A stretch of 37,423 nt of DNA, taken from positions 1-37,423 of the forward strand of contig JAGLQA010000240.1 in assembly GCA_023137075.1 (NCBI GenBank). Reading direction: 5' to 3'. Each line of letters opens with the position of its first letter. Within the stretch, counting starts at the first letter, position 1. A program made the translations under genes and the position numbers. The stretch is from Candidatus Aminicenantes bacterium (lineage in GTDB: Bacteria; Acidobacteriota; Aminicenantia; UBA2199). The notes under the pieces were generated by a model, which was given only the letters and a program-made list of their open reading frames with translations, was not told the origin of the DNA and ran no database searches. Positions 33,153 through 37,423 of this stretch are shown here, piece by piece.

Positions 33153-33219
33153 TGGGGTCGCGTCTCAACATTCGACATTTCAAAAAAAAGTAAATGCCGA
33201 ATGTTGAGACGCGACCCCA
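33153..33219. repeat. 22-bp perfect inverted repeat with a 23-nt loop between sppA and tsaC
   Basis: TGGGGTCGCGTCTCAACATTCG (33153-33174) is exactly complementary to CGAATGTTGAGACGCGACCCCA (33198-33219). It starts 8 nt after the sppA stop and ends 7 nt before the tsaC ATG. Confidence 0.9.
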
Positions 33220-33225
33220 TTTGTA

Positions 33226-33861
33226 ATGCTTATGGAAATAATCGATTTTAAAAAAATCCTTGACCGGGAAAACAAGATACGGATCAAGCATATCTTAGAG
33301 GGGGATGGAATAATCATTTATCCCACCGATACACTTTACGGCATCGGCGGTAATTTTTTTTCTCCGAAGGTTTTAGAAAAGATCGATTGTTTAAAACAGC
33401 GAGATGATATGCCCTATTCGGCTGCGGTTGCCGGTCTCGAAATGATTAAAAAATTAACGGCCGGACTACCGCCTTATTTTGAAAAACTGGCGGAAAAGAT
33501 ATTCCCCGGGAAATTTACGGTGCTTCTAAAAGCTGCGAAATCTATAAACAAGATTTTGTTGAAGAACCGTGATAAAATAGGTATTCGGATTCCCGGAATT
33601 CCCCCACTAATTGAACTGCTGCAATATCTTAATATGCCGTTGATTTCGACTTCCGTAAACAGGTCGGGTTCTCCGCCGCTGCGGCACCCGGAAGCCATCA
33701 AAAGCGAATTCCCGGAAATCGACCTGTTCATCGATGCCGGTGTGCTACCGGAATCGCAGGGTTCCACTGTGCTTGATCTTACGGAATCTCCCGTCAGAGT
33801 CGTGAGAAAAGGCGACGATTATGATCAAATCAGTGTTACAATACTTCGTTTATTTTTTTGA
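33226..33861 (+). CDS. tsaC: L-threonylcarbamoyladenylate synthase TsaC/YrdC
   Basis: 211 aa with a single YrdC domain. The motifs are IIYPTDTLYGIGGN, GKFTVLLK, IGIRIP, STSVNRSG and GSTVLDL. Confidence 0.8.
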   Translation: MLMEIIDFKKILDRENKIRIKHILEGDGIIIYPTDTLYGIGGNFFSPKVLEKIDCLKQRDDMPYSAAVAGLEMIKKLTAGLPPYFEKLAEKIFPGKFTVLLKAAKSINKILLKNRDKIGIRIPGIPPLIELLQYLNMPLISTSVNRSGSPPLRHPEAIKSEFPEIDLFIDAGVLPESQGSTVLDLTESPVRVVRKGDDYDQISVTILRLFF

Positions 33862-34243
33862 GGCTGCGGGTGAAATATTTCATCTCCCGGTCGGTCAGGT
33901 TGGTTATCACCCTTTTTTCGCAATCCTCCCTTATCTCCTCGATCTTTTTTTTTACCAGGATACCTTTCTCTGCCAGGGATATGGTGCAGCGTCTCCTGTC
34001 CGATGCGTCTCCCTCTCTTATTAAGTAGCCGTTCCTGACCAATTTGTCGATCACCCGGCTGGCCCTGGAGGGAGAGAGATTCATTTTCAGTGATAAAGTA
34101 TTGCCGCACACTCTCTCCTCCGGGTCTAAAGCCGAGATGCCGTTGTATTCGGCAGGCGAAAGCTTGGCTTCTTCCATGATGAGCAATTCGTTTTTAATAC
34201 ACCTGGATTTTAATTTCTCTATCATGTCGATCAATTTTTCCAT
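33836..34243 (-). CDS. MarR-family transcriptional regulator
   Basis: 135 aa with a winged helix (LSPSRASRVIDKLVRNGYLIRE..DRRR). It is the last gene of the trx-grx-marR operon. Its 3' end overlaps tsaC convergently by 26 bp. Confidence 0.75.
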   Translation of the reverse strand: MEKLIDMIEKLKSRCIKNELLIMEEAKLSPAEYNGISALDPEERVCGNTLSLKMNLSPSRASRVIDKLVRNGYLIREGDASDRRRCTISLAEKGILVKKKIEEIREDCEKRVITNLTDREMKYFTRSLKKINEVL

Positions 34244-34270
34244 CGATTATCTCCGCTGCTGCACAACTTT

Positions 34271-34504
34271 TTACATCGATCTGCTGAGTGCCCGGTCGAT
34301 TCTTGTCCTATCGAACCCGACGATGATTTTACCGTTTATATCGATGACCGGCACACCTTGCTGCCGTGATTTATGAACCATCTCCTCGGCTCTCCTGCGA
34401 TCCACCGCTACATTGTAATCGGTGAATTTGATGCCCTTATCCCGCAAGTATTTTTTTGCGATATTGCAATACGAACATGTCGGTGTAGAGTATATTTTGA
34501 TCAT
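34271..34504 (-). CDS. Glutaredoxin-like protein (CSYC active site)
   Basis: I moved the start to 34504 (MIKIYSTPTCSYCNIAKKYL), which has an AAGGAGG upstream. The 77-aa product has the GVPVI..G motif of glutaredoxin/NrdH folds. Confidence 0.75.
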   Translation of the reverse strand: MIKIYSTPTCSYCNIAKKYLRDKGIKFTDYNVAVDRRRAEEMVHKSRQQGVPVIDINGKIIVGFDRTRIDRALSRSM

Positions 34505-34517
34505 GTTACCGCCCTCC

Positions 34518-34835
34518 TTAATGCAGGGATTCGACAGCCTGGACCAATGTGTTTTCATCCTGGACACCCACAAATTGTTTGGCCGGCTCCCCGTCTTTAA
34601 AAATAATCATGGTGGGTATTCCGGTGATACCGAATTTGCCGGGAGTGGCCATGTTTTCATCCACGTTGAGCTTGCATACTTTCGCCTTGTCAGCCACTTT
34701 TTGCGCCACCTTCTCGAGGATCGGCCCCTGGATCAGACAGGGCTGGCACCAGGGCGCCCAGAAATCTACGATGGTCAAGCCTTCTCCTATCACCTGTTCA
34801 AAGTTACTGTCATCAATGTTTTTTACGTCTGCCAT
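34518..34835 (-). CDS. Thioredoxin with an atypical WCQPC active site
   Basis: I moved the start to 34835 (MADVKNIDDSNFEQVI), which has an AAGGAG upstream. The protein reads VDFWAPWCQPC..GIPTMIIFKDG, a classic Trx fold with Gln in place of the usual Gly. Confidence 0.8.
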   Translation of the reverse strand: MADVKNIDDSNFEQVIGEGLTIVDFWAPWCQPCLIQGPILEKVAQKVADKAKVCKLNVDENMATPGKFGITGIPTMIIFKDGEPAKQFVGVQDENTLVQAVESLH

Positions 34836-34865
34836 TTTATTTACTCCTTTGCATTTAGTTTCGCT

Positions 34866-34895
34866 TAGCATTAATTGCTATCAGCAACTATTGCT
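34866..34895. promoter_or_regulatory. Two adjacent TAGCA-N5-TGCTA type palindromes (candidate MarR operator)
   Basis: TAGCATTAATTGCTA lies at 34866-34880 and AGCAACTATTGCT at 34883-34895. With the corrected trx start, both fall between the predicted -10 and the trx SD. Confidence 0.45.
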
Positions 34896-34903
34896 AAGAG
34901 CAC

Positions 34904-34932
34904 ATGATACACAATTTTTTTCAATTTGTCAA
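34904..34932 (-). promoter_or_regulatory. Putative sigma70 promoter of the trx-grx-marR operon (A-tract, TTGACA-17 bp-TATCAT)
   Basis: On the minus strand, AAAAAAAC precedes TTGACA (34932-34927), followed by a 17-nt spacer and TATCAT (34909-34904). Confidence 0.5.
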
Positions 34933-34965
34933 GTTTTTTTAAAAAAATAAAATATGTCTGAACCG

Positions 34966-34996
34966 GGATTTACAGGATTTAAGGATTACCAGGATA
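34966..34996. repeat. Four short direct repeats GGAT(T/A) at 8-9 bp spacing
   Basis: GGATT occurs at 34966, 34975 and 34983, and GGATA at 34992, within CGGGATTTACAGGATTTAAGGATTACCAGGATAAAA. Confidence 0.6.
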
Positions 34997-35071
34997 AAAA
35001 TGAAGTCCGCCTTAATATTTTACCCAAAGCAGCCCGGAAAACAAAATGATTTATATTAAACGGAAATTGAG

Positions 35072-35100
35072 TTGCAAATAGTTCCAAAAGGATTTATAAT
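35072..35100 (+). promoter_or_regulatory. Putative sigma70 promoter of the mntA-hepT pair (TTGCAA-17 bp-TATAAT)
   Basis: TTGCAA at 35072-35077, a 17-nt spacer, and TATAAT at 35095-35100. GAGGA lies 4 nt before the ATG at 35145. Confidence 0.5.
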
Positions 35101-35144
35101 CAGTATCTGCTTGAAATAAGCGAAAGTATAATGCCGAGGAAAAA

Positions 35145-35438
35145 ATGGCTTTAGAAAATATTATTCAAAAGATGAAAACTAAAATATTACCGATATTGAA
35201 GAAATATCAGGTTAAAAAGGCCTCCTTTTTTGGTTCTATTACCCAGGGAAATTTCAAAAAGGATAGTGATATCGATATACTGGTAGAGTTATCAAACGAG
35301 TCGAGTTTGTTCGACTTTATCGGTCTAAAGAATGAATTGGAGGACACTGTAGAAAGAAAAGTTGATTTGGTTGAATATGATACGATCAAAGAACCTATAA
35401 GGGAAAAAATTTTAGCAGGGCAAGTTCATATTTTATAA
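35145..35438 (+). CDS. mntA: Minimal nucleotidyltransferase (MNT) antitoxin of a HepT/MntA-type module
   Basis: 97 aa. [19 protein letters not shown] matches the GS-x(n)-DxD motif of Pol-beta-fold nucleotidyltransferases. It lies directly upstream of a HEPN gene. Confidence 0.8.
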   Translation: MALENIIQKMKTKILPILKKYQVKKASFFGSITQGNFKKDSDIDILVELSNESSLFDFIGLKNELEDTVERKVDLVEYDTIKEPIREKILAGQVHIL

Positions 35439-35442
35439 TTGT

Positions 35443-35787
35443 ATGGCACGGGAAATAGAAGTCTATCTAAATGATATTTTTGAAAGTATAAATCTAATAG
35501 AAGATTATGTGAAAGACATAGATGTGGATGAGTTTGCCGGTAATATTCAACTTCAGGATGCTGTAGTAAGACGATTTGAAATTATAGGTGAAGCTGCTAA
35601 ACAGATACCTGATGACATTAGGGAACGATATCCACATATCCCCTGGAGGAAGATGGCTGGATTGAGGGATGTGTTGATTCACCATTATTTTGGAGTGAGT
35701 GTTATGAGAGTATGGAGATTAATTAAAAAAGAACTCACCCAGGTAAAGGAGGACATCTATAATCTCATTTCTGAATTAGCTTATTGA
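35443..35787 (+). CDS. hepT: HEPN-domain (DUF86) toxin
   Basis: 114 aa with an R-x4-H motif (RDVLIHHYF) near the C-terminus. A 4-nt gap separates it from the MNT gene. Confidence 0.8.
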   Translation: MAREIEVYLNDIFESINLIEDYVKDIDVDEFAGNIQLQDAVVRRFEIIGEAAKQIPDDIRERYPHIPWRKMAGLRDVLIHHYFGVSVMRVWRLIKKELTQVKEDIYNLISELAY

Positions 35788-35817
35788 GGTTGGATCTAAA
35801 GAAAAGTTCTTTTAATG

Positions 35818-35837
35818 ACTGGTTTTGTTAAACCAGT
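35818..35837. terminator. 8-bp hairpin at the convergent junction of hepT and the 386-aa gene
   Basis: ACTGGTTT pairs with AAACCAGT around a TGTT loop. The right arm overlaps the stop and last codons of the minus-strand gene. The flanking T/A runs are weak. Confidence 0.3.
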
Positions 35838-36988
35838 TTCAACATATCGCCTTCAATAATCGTTGATGTATCAACAATATTTTTCATGGTGTCTCTGAAT
35901 TTAGTAAAAGTTGAAAGAAATTCTTTTTTTGATTTGTTAAATTTTGTTGTTAATCTTCTATATTTGCTATATACTTCGATAATAGAGTCAATTTTTGGAA
36001 TTAGGAAATTAAAGCTCGATTTTGTATTTGAAATCAATCCTAATGATTGTTCAATTGGTTTTGTTTTGGGGACATTGAGTTCATTAATAAAAATTGCAGC
36101 ATGTCTTAGACCGTCTAAGTATATTTTAGAACTTTCTTGCAGTAAAGGTAATTCTTTTTCGATCACGTTACGAAGTTTGTCCATATTGTTTGCCGTCTGG
36201 TTGACAGATTCTTTTATATTTTTGTTTTTCGGATCTGTATTGTTTGATCGATTGTGAATCTTTTCTTGAGTTGAAACATAGTCTGCAAGAGCTTCATTGA
36301 TTTTGAGTGCTGACAATTTTATTTTTTGACTTTCTGACATACTCTTTTCATAAATATCAAAGAAACCGTCTTCTTCACTAAAATAAATCTGTTTTTCTGA
36401 ATCTTTGCCAGATACGTCTCCTTGGCATATTACTTTATTTTCAATTGGTATTCCCCAGGTTATCCCCCAGTCTATTAGATGCTGTTCTAAATGACGGCGG
36501 ATCAGTGTTTTGAACTCTTCTGTATCACGAAACTCCTGATAAAGGTTTTTTGCTTTTATTTTATCTTTGAAATTCTTAATTAATTCAATTTGTTTAGGCT
36601 CTATATCATCAGGGGCGATAGGTTTATTTTTGAAGTAAAACATAATCTTTATAGACTTAGGTTTTTTTTGATAGATAGCGTATGCTTGGTTAAACTCTTC
36701 CTCTGTACCCGATCTAGCTTTTTTAGTTGGTGTACCAAACCATGACCATAATATACCAATAAAAAAATCATAATCATGTAGTAATTGTTTATTTACTACA
36801 TCCTGAGGATATTCTCCGATATCTGGATAGCTATCCTTCTCCCAGGTTATTGGCACTATTCTAATATTTTTTGCTTTGCTCCAAATTATATTCATTTCTT
36901 CAATTATATCCAATATTGCATTCCGTTCTGGTTTTACATCACCTGGTGAAGCTATCAAAACTTTTAATATTGTTTCTTGCTTTGCCAT
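35828..36988 (-). CDS. Uncharacterised 386-aa protein: N-terminal DUF4062/TIR-like Rossmannoid domain plus a C-terminal helical domain of unknown family
   Basis: AAGGAG lies 7 nt before the ATG. The N-terminal ~170 aa carry VLIASPGDVKPER, FFIGILWSWFGTPT, SGTEEEF and IMFYF. I recall this motif order from the DUF4062 profile (hhISS..ER / DhFIGIhG.RYG / S.TE.E / hhhF). The remainder is a K/N/S/I-rich helical region with no TM segment. The gene is very AT-rich. Confidence 0.5.
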   Translation of the reverse strand: MAKQETILKVLIASPGDVKPERNAILDIIEEMNIIWSKAKNIRIVPITWEKDSYPDIGEYPQDVVNKQLLHDYDFFIGILWSWFGTPTKKARSGTEEEFNQAYAIYQKKPKSIKIMFYFKNKPIAPDDIEPKQIELIKNFKDKIKAKNLYQEFRDTEEFKTLIRRHLEQHLIDWGITWGIPIENKVICQGDVSGKDSEKQIYFSEEDGFFDIYEKSMSESQKIKLSALKINEALADYVSTQEKIHNRSNNTDPKNKNIKESVNQTANNMDKLRNVIEKELPLLQESSKIYLDGLRHAAIFINELNVPKTKPIEQSLGLISNTKSSFNFLIPKIDSIIEVYSKYRRLTTKFNKSKKEFLSTFTKFRDTMKNIVDTSTIIEGDMLKLV

Positions 36989-37072
36989 TGATTTACTCCT
37001 TATTTAGATCGACACGTAACACTTTTATTAATTTGTTTTTAATGCGTTTTTTTGACAATTAATTTTAGGCAT

Positions 37073-37285
37073 CTAAAGAATCTTTCCCTTTACCTCATCT
37101 AAATTCAGGTATTTTGCGTTTTTTTCATTTAGCCGTTCTAAGGCGGATATTCCATCCTCAAAATCTTCGAGATATAATTCCAGCATCTCTTTGATATATG
37201 AACTTTTTTTACGCCTGTTTTTTGTTGACAGACGTTCTAACCGTTCGGCCGTTCGTTCGTCAATTCTTACATTCAACATCGGCAT
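37073..37285 (-). CDS. Ribbon-helix-helix (CopG/RelB-ParD-like) antitoxin-type DNA-binding protein
   Basis: 70 aa. The N-terminal beta-strand/helix (LNVRIDERTAERLERLS) is followed by a C-terminal ALERLNEKNAKYLNLDEV tail of the kind seen in RelB/ParD-class antitoxins. GGAGAAG precedes the ATG. It lies 84 bp upstream of the 386-aa gene on the same strand. Confidence 0.65.
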   Translation of the reverse strand: MPMLNVRIDERTAERLERLSTKNRRKKSSYIKEMLELYLEDFEDGISALERLNEKNAKYLNLDEVKGKIL

Positions 37286-37320
37286 TTATTCTTCTCCTTT
37301 ACCGGGGATGGCAACTCAAC

Positions 37321-37334
37321 TAAATACGTATGTA
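37321..37334. promoter_or_regulatory. Near-palindrome TAAATACGTATGTA upstream of the RHH gene (candidate autoregulatory operator)
   Basis: The core ATACGTAT (37324-37331) is a perfect 8-bp palindrome. The 14-bp version has one symmetric mismatch pair. It lies ~36-49 nt upstream of the RHH start codon. Confidence 0.3.
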
Positions 37335-37423
37335 ACCTGTATGGTAAAGCACCATTCCCTTTTTTTTAACAGGTTTTTGAGAATTTCTTACCTCGTCTCA
37401 GGCGGAACCGCACGCGTCAGGAG

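Noticed and set aside
33035-33220. 61-aa minus-strand ORF overlapping the end of sppA and the 22-bp inverted repeat
   Set aside because: It is an artefact of the palindrome and of the antisense frame of sppA, with no start context.
34954-35049. 31-codon ORF MSEPGFTGFKDYQDKNEVRLNILPKAARKTK
   Set aside because: Its first half is simply the GGATT iteron array read in frame. It has no SD. It is treated as a by-product of the repeat rather than a gene.
37055-37060. Plus-strand TTGACA preceded by a T-run in the RHH / 386-aa gene spacer
   Set aside because: No acceptable -10 lies at 16-18 nt, and it would point into the antisense strand of the RHH gene. It is likely a chance match in AT-rich DNA.

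Overview
This is a 37.4-kb chromosomal segment of a diderm bacterium. The taxon cannot be assigned from the sequence alone. Most of it is densely packed housekeeping DNA: a FabK-like flavoenzyme, a PDZ protein, nikR, a GT39 glycosyltransferase, uvrC, a translationally coupled pilMNOPQ type IV pilus operon with four appended genes, a sulfatase-fold enzyme, rsmB, def, mntP, a UbiA prenyltransferase, rho, sppA, tsaC and a trx-grx-marR operon. Five things stand out. (1) An archaeal-type gatE-gatD pair sits in a clearly bacterial context. (2) A six-gene flavoprotein/Fe-S cluster resembles the four-subunit L-proline dehydrogenase of Thermococcales, with an extra HcnAB-like pair upstream. (3) A 40-codon double-glycine-leader peptide gene, below the ORF-track cutoff, has its own consensus promoter and Shine-Dalgarno (SD) site. 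(4) The right edge is an AT-rich accessory island. It carries a HepT/MntA toxin-antitoxin pair and an RHH antitoxin-like gene coupled to a 386-aa DUF4062/TIR-like protein, which is my best candidate for an undescribed TA or defence module. (5) Several intergenic elements are unexplained: an 89-bp-period duplication upstream of pilM, a 22-bp perfect inverted repeat, operator-like palindromes and short iterons. Many intergenic regions carry near-consensus sigma70 promoters with exact 17-bp spacers, and two of them abut start codons, which suggests leaderless mRNAs. All family assignments come from motifs read by eye; no database search was run.
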